From assembly GCF_006345805.1 (NCBI RefSeq), contig NC_043008.1, forward strand, positions 16,864,001-16,928,000: a stretch of DNA of 64,000 nt. The letters run 5' to 3'. Positions 1 to 12,809 of the stretch are shown here, piece after piece (the first letter of the stretch is position 1; each line of letters begins with the position of its first letter). Position numbers and translations under genes: made by a program. Under the pieces are notes generated by a model. That model did no database searches. It worked only from the letters and a program-made list of their open reading frames with translations, and was not told where the DNA came from. This DNA is from Octopus sinensis (taxonomy: Eukaryota).

Positions 1-9
1 CACACAACT

Positions 10-46
<37 letters not shown>

Positions 47-52
47 GTGTGT

Positions 53-104
<52 letters not shown>

Positions 105-708
105 ATATGTATATATGTAAATGTGATACATATATTACATATATGTGTGTTTTTGTGAGCTTTTGCGTGTGTATATGTGTGCGTGTGTGTGTTTGTAAAC
201 AGACGGTATCAGAAATTCTTGGACATGACCCACACTAAGAACATCCGTACTTCAGCTAATAATATATGTAATATATTATTTTCAAGCAATATTCCGTTTT
301 CATGAGTCTATGGTATATGTGAAACAAAAGCCCTGAAGCCTTTGCAAATAAGTCCTTCGTCTTAGGATATGATCTGTCGTATTGTTATAATGCATGGGCA
401 ATATAATAAGTTGACAGCAAAGCTTCAATGTGTGTCGTTGGTCACATGAACACTTATCAAACAGACGTTCTAGTATACTTAAAATACACATACGGCAGAA
501 AATAATGCATTCTGCTTCAACTTTTGCCAAACGCATGATGAGGCATTTATATCTCAGGTGCTTAATTCTTGAGTATCCTGTAAAATGTTATGCCGAAAGT
601 TTGCATAATTTTGACTGCAATCACCAAAATTGTAGACATTGCGAAGGTAATATATTATGAAAAATCACTCAGAGAACAATTGAATAAGACTGTATAGAAC
701 AAAGATTA

Positions 709-1104
709 CCGTGGCTGTGTGGTAAGTAGCTTGCTTACCAACCACATGGTTCCGGGTTCGGTACCATTGCGTGACATCTTGGGCAAGTGTCTTTTACTAT
801 AGCCTCGGGCCGACCAAAGTCTTGTGAGTGGATTTGATAGAGGGAAACTGAAAGAAGCGCGTCGTATATATGTATATATGTGTGTGTGTATGTTTGTGTG
901 TCTGTGTTTGTCCCCCTATCATTGCTTGACAACCGATGCTGGTGAGTTTACGTCCCCGTCACTTAGCGGTTTGACAAAAGAGACCGATAGAATAAGTACT
1001 GGGCTTACAAATAATAAATTCTGGAGTCGATTTGCTCGACTAAAGGCGGTGCTCCGGCATGGCCACAGTCAAATGAATGAAACAAGTAAAAGAGTAAAAG
1101 AGTA
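709..1104 (+). mobile_element. Family A tRNA-derived SINE, near full length, with internal microsatellite
   Basis: A-box-like GTGGCTGTGTGGTAAG and B-box-like GGTTCGGTACC; CORE-like CTTGGGCAAGT; internal (TA)(TG) tract; (GTAAAAGA)n tail. About 20 homologous full or partial copies are visible in the window. Confidence 0.9.
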
Positions 1105-2180
1105 TAGATCAGGCTCTGTTGTTAGTCTACAGTTCATCTTCAGATGTGAAAGGAGTTCTCTTGTAACAAAGAAAACCAAATCATTTTGAAAACATTTTCA
1201 TGCATACATTCATATACACGCACGGATGCGCACACTCACAAACACACACATACACACAAATGTATATATGTATACACCGTAATGTCAGGAGATGTGTGGA
1301 GTGAAGTCAGATTTATTTTTCCCACACAATATAAATATGTCGCTGTGTGTGAAAAGAGTTTGCATATTTGGATTACACACAGCTATGCCTGTATGGACAA
1401 CGAAAATATGCAATGCACAATTTAAAACTTCGGGCAGAAGTTGTTGAGGGAGTACGCGATATATTTAATTGGAACTATGAAAGGTTGGCTATGATATCTA
1501 CAAGTCAAGTACTGAATTCACTTCAATCAACTACACACCTAACAAGAATAAATTCGCTTGAAACACTTATAATGAAGTTAGACAACGGCAAAACACTCAC
1601 CATGCTAAATAAATGGATGAATAAATTATATTTCCTTGAGAAAATATTATTTTACATTGCACTTTCTGCACATGTTTTACATATAGTCACCGACATATTT
1701 GTGATATTTTTTTTAAAGATACAATTAACATCATTTCTAAAGTGTTTTGTTCTTTTCCTTCTCTTATTGAAATTTCTATTTCCTGATAAAATATCCTATG
1801 TATTTAAGTTTCACATGTTCAGCAATTTTTCAGCAATCTTGGGAAAAAGTTTCCATCTGTCACGCATAATTTCGATCAAACTCAAAATTTTCAAATTGTT
1901 TTGAATAATACGTACACTTATCTACACATACAGCCCCCATACGTTGCTTCAAAATACATACATTATATGGTGACATTCACTATTCTTACATGCACACACA
2001 TACACACACACGCACACATACACACAGAAGAATATATTCATAAATAACAATACACATACATACATACACGCTATATTCATGCATGTGTAATTTAGTCATT
2101 TTCATCTACTGCTTTAATACATATGTATATAACTATACTCATAGAGGTAATAGACATGTGCATATATGTGTGTGCACTTT

Positions 2181-2299
2181 TTTACTCTTCTACTTGTTTC
2201 AGTCATTTGACTGTGGCCATGCTGGAGCACCGACTAGTCGAGCAAATCGACCCCAGAATTTATTCTTTGTAAGCCTAGTACTTATTCTATAGATCTCTT
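2181..2299 (-). mobile_element. Family A SINE, 3' fragment
   Basis: Reverse complement matches the family A 3' end (TACTAGGCTTACAAAGAATAA...GCTCCAGCATGGCCACAGTCAAATGACTGAAACAAGTA). Confidence 0.85.
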
Positions 2300-2359
2300 G
2301 CACCGGTGTCTTCAGTCATTTATCAAGTCACAATATTATTATTATTATTATTATTATTA

Positions 2360-2545
2360 TTATCATTAAGACACTGACCTCGCAGAATCGTTGGCAAGCC
2401 GGGCAGACTGCTTAGCGGCTTTTTGTCCTGAATTCATTTTTGTTGATCACTAGGGTCGATGTAATGGACTTATTCCACCTCCGAACTTGCTGGCCGTATG
2501 ACAAAATTTGATACCATTAGTAGTAGTAGTAGTAGTAGTAGTGTT
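2360..2545 (+). mobile_element. Degenerate family B SINE with central deletion and (TAG)n tail
   Basis: GCAGAATCGTTGGCAAGCCGGGCAGACTGCTTAGCGG head; GGGTCGATGTAATGGACTTA body; ends in (AGT)n. Confidence 0.65.
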
Positions 2546-4761
2546 TGCCTAAAGTTCTTTATTCATAAATAAGGTAGGTAAGAACCTGCTTAACTTAAAC
2601 GGTCCTGACAGAGAGCTACGTGAGAGAGTACTTCATTGTTGACAGATTGTGTAAAGAGTAAAAGCCACAACTTAATTGCGTTGTACGTACATCTAATTAT
2701 GACTATAATAATTTGTTGCCCTCGGATAAGAATATGTTTCGTTAATACTGAAAGCAATCATCTAATCCTCCTCAAGGATTAAGCTGCCATACACTCTGCT
2801 ATTATTCTGTACCTTAAATTGATTTTTATTATCATTGAATAAAGAAATTGTATCTTAGTTCCTTCTGTAAATTTGCGAGGCTAAAAGACGTTTTTAGAAA
2901 CTAAAATTGTTTCCTTTCGAATAAGCACATAATCTTATAAATTTTCCGAGGGGGAAATTTCAAAGCTGATTATTTTAAGATTTTGTAAAAGACCTTGTAA
3001 TGTTCCTTGGAGGGAAAATATATTTGTGTCAGCTGGGAATCAAAAATAGTTTGCAGATTTCTTGCGCTGAAAACTTAACTCTTTTATCGTTTGATATTCA
3101 AGTAAGGTATTATTGGTATATAAAAACAAAAGCACGAAAAACACATAAATATGCTAAAATGAGTATAATATATTTTGCTTAAGAAATAGCTAGTGTTTTA
3201 TTTTACTCGATAGCGCACGTCTTGGTAAGTCTAAACACGGATTTCACTCTCACATGTGAAAACCAACAATTCACTTTTATCGGAGGTAATCACGTTTGCA
3301 AATTCCTTAGATGAAATTATTTGAACATGTAAGCTAAGAAAGGAGACTTCACACACTACCGTCTAAAAAAAGTCAAGGATATTTTCGATAATTTCCTCAT
3401 CGACATACTATTCCAGAATAAAAACTGAGTGTTTGTGATGTAGATTAGCTTTGATGTAGATTAGCTTTATTAGAATAAAAGTAAAAAAAAGAAATGTACC
3501 TAATTTCTTAATTACAAGTTTAACTAAAATAAGTAAAAAGTATGGATGGCACAAAGGTTTCAACCTTGGCCTTATTCACGTGCTTCCGCGTGAAGATCTG
3601 GTAGATATATTTACCGATAGCAATAGCTTGTTGGTAAATATATCACAGGAAAATAATAGCAATATGCTTCACAGAGAAACATCTTTTATTGATTCAGATC
3701 TGTTGAACCATAAATTAACAAACGTATATTATTTCTAATAATATACGTTGGTCCTAAGTCATGCAACTTGACAGAAAAAACTATTTTACAAACTCTATTA
3801 ATTTATATGTTTTGCTAAATGCATTGTGCATATTTTAACATCTATCTACATGCATTTTAATCCATTTTCCAAGGTTGTTTTTTTTTTTCATTTTTATTCT
3901 TGTAAAAATGTTCGCTGAGATGTATGTATGGTCAGACAAATCGACAGAAGTTGGAGACTATTTTTACTATTAATTTCTCATAAAAGAAAATAAGACCAAA
4001 AGTTGAAAATGCCATAACACGAAACGACGTAATTCAAGGTATGCTTAAAATACGAAAACGAAAATATCAATCAAAACGTTTGTTCTTCACAAGTTAAATA
4101 TAAGGTTCTCATAAGAAAGAACTTGAAGAAAATATCTCCCAATTCACAAATACTTTGAAGCTATGAAGAATACCGCCAATGTATTTTTGCCTTACTGCAG
4201 TATCTCCTTTTTTCTTTTAGTCTTAGATTTTGAATTTAGAGAGAACAATTTCGTTTTTTAAGAATCAATGCTTAGTAGTGATCGTTGAAAATTGTAGAAA
4301 ATTAAGTGATAAATTAACAGCATTCAGTACTAATTACAACAAGAGCTGTAATTAGGTCGTATCATTAAATCCAACTGTGCTTCATTAATTGTTGTTTTCA
4401 GTGTATTTAATGATGTATTTTCTTGTTATAGCAGTCCTTCATGTTTGGCTGTTTTTGCCATTTATTTTACTATTGCGTTGCTTTACGTGACACTTTGATT
4501 TCTGAGGCCATTATGGTGACAGTTTTGTTTTGTATGTTTTGTGGGAAAAAAAAGGTTTTATTCTTTATTTAAAAATAATGTTTTACTTAAAGAAATTCCG
4601 CTATATTTGTAAAATGAATGCCAGTTGCTCTACCAGAAGTTTTCAGTTTTTCTAAATGTTATACATTTTATAAAGACATATACACAAATACATACAATCA
4701 TTCATGCATGCGTGCACACACATGCATACATAGTACGTACGTACATACATACATACATACA

Positions 4762-4795
<34 letters not shown>

Positions 4796-4814
4796 CATAC
4801 ATACATATGTATAA

Positions 4815-4968
4815 AAAATATATATAAGAATACAAAATGGGACAAGAACGCAAAATACTCAAATAGACGACACAAAAAACGGACGGGTCACTGGAAGCCT
4901 CTAATCTTCAGTCAAGAACCGGATCATCCTCGCAATTTCGGCTGATTAATCTTGATACTGATCGCTCA
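4815..4968 (+). mobile_element. Small non-autonomous element (family E), partial copy in a microsatellite
   Basis: Matches the reverse complement of 39515-39660 (AAATGGGACAAGAAC...GAAGCCTCTAATCTTCAGTCAAGAACCGGATCATCC); flanked by (TACA)n. Confidence 0.8.
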
Positions 4969-4998
4969 CATACATACATACATACATACATACATACA

Positions 4999-5025
<27 letters not shown>

Positions 5026-5030
<5 letters not shown>

Positions 5031-5317
5031 AAGTAGCTGCTTTCTCGTATACGAATAAAACCATTGCTAGAAAGAATCATTGAAATGAGTCATTGATAAT
5101 GCAATGTGAGACTCTTGTATGACTCTGTAGCTCAGCCATACATACTTATTGTTGTGTGGACGCCCCCAGACGATGAAGTAGGCTAGCCCAGTAAGTAGGT
5201 ATAGAGGGAGAAGTCTGTACGTCAGAGTTGAGTAGAGGTCATCCGAACGTGCGATATAACAGTGGCGACGAGGATTTTGTAGCTCACGCAACCACTGTGT
5301 AGTATTGCGATATAACA
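5026..5317 (+). mobile_element. Ty3/gypsy-like LTR remnant followed by a tRNA-Ser(GCU) primer-binding site
   Basis: TATAAA (5026) and AATAAA (about 5054); LTR-like end ...GCGATATAACA at 5261; TGGCGACGAGGAT at 5263-5275 is complementary to the 3' end of metazoan tRNA-Ser(GCU) (ATCCTCGTCG-CCA). Confidence 0.6.
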
Positions 5318-5344
5318 CATACATGCATACATACATACATACAT

Positions 5345-5500
5345 ATTTTCTCTTTGTTTTTTTTTGTGTCCCTTTCTGTAGAAGAGCGTAGACTCGAAAC
5401 GTAAAATACTTTTTCTATTCCTGAGCGTTATACTAATACATCTGTTTGTTTTGTACATCACCTGTCTTCGTCTTTTCTTTATTTCGTAAATTCTCCCTAT
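5345..5500 (+). mobile_element. Small microsatellite-inserted element carrying a hammerhead-like motif (family H1)
   Basis: Homologous to the reverse complement of 22815-22990 and to 42890-42951; flanked on both sides by (TACA)n. Confidence 0.8.
5372..5407 (+). ncRNA. Minimal type I hammerhead-like motif, variant core CUGUAGA
   Basis: CTTT-CTGTAGA-A-GAGC GTAG ACTC-GAAA-CG-TA-AAAT: stem I UUU/AAA, stem II with one mismatch, palindromic stem III ACGU, GUA site. Confidence 0.5.
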
Positions 5501-8473
5501 ACATACATACATACATACATACATACATACATACATACATACACATGATTACCAGCAGCTTGTTTCTGATACTGCTGTTCATTTACTACATACAAATTTT
5601 TAAAATAAATATTTTGAATTGGCCCGAAGTGAAATTAGTTGGAGCTTAGTGTGATTCTGTCGCATAATCCGCTTCTCACATATGTGCGATCATTCACAAA
5701 CACCGAATCAAGTAGGTCACACACACACACACACGTTTGTGTCTCTGTGTGTGCGTGTGTATTTCAAATATGCTGGAAAGGACTGCATAATGGTGTAATA
5801 AATGCTAAATATTAAAGAAGAAATGTTATCGTCAGATTCAGGTATTACAAAATGCCATATAGCAGACAAACTATAATCAGTTATGCTAAACTGCATATCA
5901 GCTGTGTACTAGTACACACTTTCCCCTTCTTCATCCGTCACTTATCTGGGATTTTGCATTGGACCAAGGTTATAAATGGATATCTACTTGTATCTAAAAC
6001 GATTAACAAAGATACAGCACATGCTAACAAGTCACATTCGATTACCAATGACGAATATAGTAGTTATATATATACATACATACATACATACATATATATA
6101 TATATACATATATGTCAGTGTGCTTACGTATGCAGAGAGAGAGATGCAGTATCTGAGACGGGAAAGTAATGTTTTGATTTTCTCCATATGTCATGTGAGT
6201 AAGTTGGTGCATATTCGGAAGCAACAAATATGGAAGTAAACCATGTCTCCGTCTATAAACGCGTATGTGTGTGTACATTTGTGTGGTGGAATGTATACGT
6301 ACATGTGTTTATATGCTTGCGTCAGTGATTATAAACGTGCAATAGCTTAATATATATCGGAGCAAAAGCACTAACGTACTCACGCCCACATACATACATA
6401 CACAGAAAAACGAACACACACTCACACACACAAATATATATATTGGCACACAACAAATGAACACCGACATAAACACACTGACGCAGAAGTATATAGAAAA
6501 TGAATTAATATTTAGACCATTCCGATATATTGTAATATGAAGTAATTTCCGCTCCACTCAGTTCTTCGATAGAATTGATTGATTTGATAATTCCCTTGCA
6601 GGACAGGATAATTCGATAAATTTAATCCAGTTTTCATTAACTGCTCCACTTATCTTAGATTGCTATTCAGTTTTACCCTAATTGAATCCATCCGCCCATA
6701 TTCTACCTTCGACTGTAAACCGCCCAACCACCCGCAGGATAGAAATTGAAACAGTAATATGTGATGGTTAGGAAATTAAGAGGAATTTATTACAAACCAT
6801 ATTGCAAATCAGTAGAGACGGGGAAAAGAAAAATTGTGAAGTTGTATGAAGAACGTCAACGAACAGACCTTCGTAAAGGTTTGCTTTCAAAGTACGATAC
6901 ATAGCAGACATCTTCGGCTGAATTGAACAACTGGCAACTATTCTTGGTTTAATTTGATTGGTTACAAGCAAATCAAACTTAATCCTTTCAGAAATAGCAT
7001 TGTCTCCCAACGGAATTTTACACAATTCCATGTTCTATAACTACAAAAGAATAGAATATAAATCTCCAACTGTTTGAATGATCGTGTACCGATGTAGATA
7101 CGATACGATCTCATATCGTGAAGAAAAGCAAAATATATATAATTATATCGCGATTCACAGCATCTTGGTAATGTTCACAGATGAAAGAGTAAGTAACCTA
7201 GTCATTTACAGCGAAATAAAAGGAGAGACACGCAGCTTGTATGAAATCAAACTCTGTTCGTCGTTTTATTTAATGCAACTTATCTTCATTGTTTCCGTTG
7301 AAATAACATTTCCATGTGAATATCGCATTAATATTCTCGTGTCTAATCAAATATATAGAAGTCTAGTGGATACCAATCGAACAATGAAATTCGTACTTCT
7401 CCCATCGTCACGACCACTGTCCTTTTTATAGCTAAACAAACTTGCCTCTTAACCGTGGTTCAATTGCATCATGCCAGTGAAAGCCACCGTCTATGATCTG
7501 TTTGTTCGACGCACTAAGATTTCGAACAACTGATATTGGTTAGCGTGTTATTCGGTATCTCAGAAAGTCTAGTCATCCTGAGTTCAAATGCTGTTGAGGT
7601 CAACACAGCCATTCATACTTTTAGGATCGGTACTAACAGCAATAATTCTGGGCATCGGATAGGTGAAGTTTGCGAAAATCAGTTCAGGTGCCTTGCAGTA
7701 TTTTTACCAGTTTCTTTGTTCTGAGTTCAAACGCCACCAGATATCTTGATTAATAAACTTAATTCGTTGCTTGGATTAAAAATAATACTTGGGATCTTGA
7801 GAATATTCACTGTGCTGCAAAACATTGGAGCCAGTTTCCAGTTTCAGGGTACCTTTCTCTCTCCCTTACCTTTAGTGCTGGAGGTTCTGTAAGGCAACAT
7901 GGGATCTACTTTCCCTCACCAGTAAAGGATAAAAAATTGCATTTCTCTTTTAATTTTAATTATTTTTACGATATATTTTAATTATTATAGAATAAGTACA
8001 GGTCTAAAAAACTAAATATTAGAGCCATAGCAAGGAGGTGCACCAGCATGGACGCAATCCAATGACAGAACAAATAAATAGCAAAAGATAAAGCTCTAAA
8101 GATATAGAGAGAATGGAGAGCGCCAAGGGCTCTTATCAAGGGCTTTCATCTGGGACTCTTCGCCCCAACATGTGACAGAAGTTTATGGACAGAGTAGATT
8201 TCACAAACAGGCGAGCATGAGCAAGGTGTGATGCTTAACTGCGGGGAAAAGTAACCCAACCATTAAATAACTGGGATTTCCGCATTGACAAACTGCTTCA
8301 CAGCTGCATCTACAAGGAAGTAACAGAATATATTTTTTCACTGTTCTATGCATGGCACTTCGCATCACACAGAAGTGAAGTGAAATTGTAAACCTAACAG
8401 ATAGTTATTTGTCCAAATAGTCATACTTACATAGGTACATATATATATACATACACACATGAGTGTGTGTGTA

Positions 8474-8695
8474 CGAGGGGAGACTGAAAAGATTCTGGCT
8501 TTAAGGGTATCACAAAAGGCTTGGTTGGTGTTCCAGCCTTCGTAGTTCTTTCACGGGGCTTCGAAAAACTGAAGGACCGCTGCAATAAGTCTGTGAATTT
8601 GAGAGAGGAGAGGAATATATGGAATAAAATTATAATCAACTGATCCTCCTGCATTTTCTTTGACCCAAGGCGAAGACCTTTTCAGCACCCCTTCG
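8474..8695 (+). mobile_element. Mariner-derived MITE (internal deletion derivative)
   Basis: TA on both sides (8472-8473, 8696-8697); imperfect TIRs CGAGGGGAGACTGAAAAG / CTTTTCAGCACCCCTTCG; internal 8554-8625 translates RGFEKLKDRCNKSVNLR then GEEYME* after a frameshift, like a mariner transposase C-terminus. Confidence 0.85.
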
Positions 8696-8697
8696 TA

Positions 8698-8762
<65 letters not shown>

Positions 8763-8803
8763 CAATAATAAATCTCTAAACGAGATATAAACAGTAACTG
8801 CTC

Positions 8804-9219
8804 TATAACATAAGGGGCATCAGCCATCTGAATGTGGCTAGGGACAGGGCAGGGCGGCGGGGGTGTTACTGATGCATTTAGCACCAGGCGATCATCAACG
8901 TCACCAGGAGGGCTGACACCATCTCGGTGTCCTCTAGCCTGCAAAGGGAGATCATTCCCCCGAAGAAGCGTTTCAAGGTATTTGCCTATTATCAACGCAT
9001 GGTAAGCACCGCTCTCCGACGAATAACTCTCTGTACAGGCTGGTCCGTATGTAGCATCCGCTTCTTCGGGGAATGATCTCCCTTTGCAGGCTAGAGGACA
9101 CCGAGATGGTGTCAGCCCTCCTGGTGACGTTGATGATCGCCTGGGGCTAAATGCATCAGTAACACCCCCACCGCCCTGCCCTGTCCCTAGCCACATTCAG
9201 ATGGCTGATGCCACTTATG

Positions 9220-9224
<5 letters not shown>
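8804..9224. mobile_element. GC-rich fold-back element / MITE-like long inverted repeat
   Basis: Arms 8804-8970 and 9059-9224 are reverse complements with 3 substitutions and 1 indel; 88-bp spacer; both ends read TATAACATAAG. Confidence 0.85.
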
Positions 9225-9262
<38 letters not shown>

Positions 9263-9306
9263 CATATAAACATATATGTGTGTATGCATATCTATCTACT
9301 TATCTA

Positions 9307-9345
<39 letters not shown>

Positions 9346-10089
9346 TATATATAATATATATACACATATATATATATATATATATATATAGTGAAGTGTT
9401 TGTTGAACATGATGAGTCGTAACATTGAGTTCACGCGATCTCTAGACAACTCACACCCCTTAGTTTGTAATGCATTATGCAGCACATACACATACAACAG
9501 AGAGACATTAAAATTTTCCTCGAAATTTGTCGGATGCTGGAAGGCGATAGTAATAGACCATATTAAGCTCCCACGCTCACATAGGAGAGAGGGGAGAGGT
9601 TAAGTGTGAAGAGGAGAAAGATTGATAAGAAGAGAAAGAAAGAGTGGAAGAGAAGTAGAGGGGGAGAGGGAGAGAGAGATGTGAATCTGCTTTGCCGTGC
9701 ATGTCAGAGTGTAAATGTTCTTATGCCATATTACTCGTCTTCAATTTTGCCAAAGTTTCGTCTGTGCAGGAACAATATTTAACGATTCATCTTTTAAGAA
9801 CACACACGTATGCACACATTCACGTTTACATCCGCACACAAACACTATCACAATTGTAAAGCCAAACACACACACATACCTGCATACTTACGAACATACA
9901 TATGCTCCCCCTTACTCTCTCTCTCTCTCTCTCTCTCACTCACACACACACACACATACACACACGCACACGGGTTTATAGGAACATTTATATATACATA
10001 AATATATAGATATTATAGACATGAATGTATACATACATGTATGGCCTGTGTATACATAAATGAATAAGTGTGTTAGTCTATGTACATAT

Positions 10090-10433
10090 ATGTATATATG
10101 TATAAACATATACATATGTATATATGTATATATATGTAAATGTAATAATATTATTAATTATATTATATGTATATATATATGTATGTATATATATATGTAT
10201 GTATATATGTATGTATAATATATATATATGTATGTTATATATGTTGTATATTATATATATATATGTATGTATATATAATATATATATTAATATAATATAT
10301 ATTATATATAATATCTATATATATATATATGTATATATATATATGTATGTGTATATATATAATATATATATATATGTATATATATATGTATATGTATATA
10401 TACTATGTATATATATATATATGTATATATATG

Positions 10434-10466
<33 letters not shown>

Positions 10467-10536
10467 GTATGTATATATATATATATTTATATATATATAT
10501 ATTTATATATATAATTATAATATATATATAATATGT

Positions 10537-10590
<54 letters not shown>
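10090..10590. repeat. Long imperfect (TA)n/(TATG)n microsatellite
   Basis: Seen directly; source of the Y/I/M-rich spurious ORFs. Confidence 0.95.
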
Positions 10591-10591
<1 letters not shown>

Positions 10592-11289
10592 GTATGTAAC
10601 TATGCGTTTGTGTGTGTTTCCCACAAATTCATGGTTTACACATATTTTAAGATGCTTCTTTAGTTAGGCTGTTGCTTTGTGTTAGTGCATCTGTCAAGAT
10701 AAAGACAGAATTCCGTGGTTTGGCTTTTAAGCAATACCAGTGACTTGACAAAATTTTTAAAAGCATCCACATTTTCGCAAGATTTTGCTAGAAATTAAAA
10801 GCGTTTCTTGGTTACTGTCATTTAAGTTGTCTTAGTGACTGAATGAGAGAAGGAAGAGAAGACGATAAAATAGAATACGGAAAGAGATACAACCAGAGAG
10901 ACGCGTGTTTGTGTGTGTCAGTGTGTCCATGTATGTGTGTAAACATATAAATAAAGAGAGAGAGAGAGTAAGAGAGGTTTATAGATAGGTAGGTAAACAG
11001 CGAGTTGGAGATGAAAATGAATATAAAAATATAAATATTTGCACATACATTAAATTAAGTATGACTTATATACATATATATACATATGTGTGTGTTTATG
11101 TGTGCGCGTGTGTTTGTGTGTGTGTTTGTGTGTGTGTGTGTGTTTTATGTGCGTGTGTGTGTATGTGTGTGTGTTTGTGTGTGTTTATACGGAAAGAGAA
11201 TGTAAGATAGGCGGACAGACACAAAAAGAGAGGCAGACAGTGCAGACAGTCAGACACATAGATAGATGTAGCTACGTAATATTTACATT

Positions 11290-11600
11290 ATACATACATA
11301 CAGAAAGAAAGAATGAAAGAAAGAATGAAATAAAGGAAACAAACAGACAAATAAATGAAGAAAGAAAGAAAGAAAGAAACAAGCAGACAAATCAATGAAG
11401 AAAGAAAGAAAGAAGGAAAGAAAGAAAGAAAGAAAGAAAGAAGGAAAAAAGAAAGAAAGAAGCAAACAAACAAACAAACAAACAAATGAAGAAGGAAAGA
11501 AAGAAAGATAGAAAGAAGAGAAGAATGAAAGAAGAAAGAAACAAACAAACAAATGAAGAAAGAAAGAAAGAAAGAAAGGAAGAAAGGGAACGACTGAGTG
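11290..11600. repeat. Compound (GAAA)n/(CAAA)n purine-rich tract
   Basis: Seen directly. Confidence 0.95.
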
Positions 11601-11875
11601 AACAGAGATTCATAGGCAGGTTGTCAGACAGAGAATGAAAGATAAAAGGATTCTGAGAAAAGAAGAGAAAAATAATTTAGAATTCGCCAAGTATTTAACC
11701 TGCTTTCGTGCATAAGTGTATCTCCAGTACAAGCATATATATACACAATGCATTGTTTCTATGCGTGTTGACCGTTGGTAGGTGCTGTGTGCGTATATAC
11801 ACGCGTCATCGTTGTCTATACGTACAGTCTTGTAATTGTAGTGCGTAGCATTATTGCCCAGTCTTATGTTCGTAT

Positions 11876-12170
11876 GAGTGTACCTTAAGTATACCTTGTT
11901 TGTACATATAAGTGTACATTATACGTAAAAGGTACCTTAAGTATACCTTATTTGTATATATAAGTGTACCTTGTACGTAAAAGGTACCTTAAGTATACCT
12001 TGTTTGTATATATAAGTGTACCTTATACGTAAAAGGTACCTTAAGTATACCTTGTTTGTATATATAAGTGTACCTTGTACATAAAAGGTACCTTAAGTAT
12101 ACCTTGTTTGTATATATAAGTGTACCTTGTACCTTGTTTGTATATAGAAGTATACCTTGTTTGTATATAT
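11876..12170. repeat. 52-bp minisatellite, about 5.5 copies
   Basis: GGTACC recurs at 11931, 11983, 12035 and 12087 (period 52); unit GGTACCTTAAGTATACCTTGTTTGTATATATAAGTGTACCTT(A/G)TACGTAAAA. Confidence 0.95.
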
Positions 12171-12809
12171 GACATTGCGTCTCTTAACTCCAAGTATGGA
12201 GTTAACTTAGAAATGAAAGTGTAAACTTAAGATTACAATGTCTTCGAAGGGGTTTTGTGCAGTGTAAGTAGAACCATAGCAATTAATATGCCTTAAAGAT
12301 AGGATGGGAATTCAGAGAAATTTAGCTGCTATTTCTTGCAAGTCAAGTGAGTATGTATCTTACTTGTTACTTATGGTCTTCAACTTTTGGTTATTGCTGA
12401 TAATGTAGAATAATAACTAAGGGCGTTTGATAAAGCAGAATAATGACTAAGGGCGTTCCAGTCGTGGCAGTTCTGTCTTTTATTGGTACACTGCATCCAG
12501 GAGTGTATTAGTTGTTATTGTTGGATATGTATTTCTAGAATTTCATTGCATTTTGTAGCTCTCTGAGGCACTATTTATCTACACACCCCCTATTTTCTCT
12601 CTGACATACACACACGCAATATATATATATTATTTTGTGTATGTGTGCAAGCGTATGTCTGTGTGTCTATGTGGGCGTGAGTTTGCGTTAGTGTGAGACA
12701 GAGAGAGAAAAAGAAGACGGAGAGAGAGGGGGGATAGAGCAGAGAGAGAAAGGAGGAGTGAGTGGAAAGAGTGGAGAGAGAGAGAGAAGAGAGAAAGAAA
12801 GTTCCCTGG

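Noticed and set aside
1368-1904. 178-aa ORF with hydrophobic stretches
   Set aside because: No recognisable domain; the F/L/I/K bias follows from AT-rich sequence; no convincing splice context.
6768-7031. KIPLGDNAISERI, resembling a hAT/Buster transposase motif
   Set aside because: The similarity is limited to about 12 residues, the expected downstream DESTD motif is absent, and no TIRs were found.
10124-10531. Y/I/M/C/V-rich ORFs here and at about 15016, 17884, 35886, 47761 and 59201
   Set aside because: They are translations of (TA)n/(TG)n/(TACA)n repeats.
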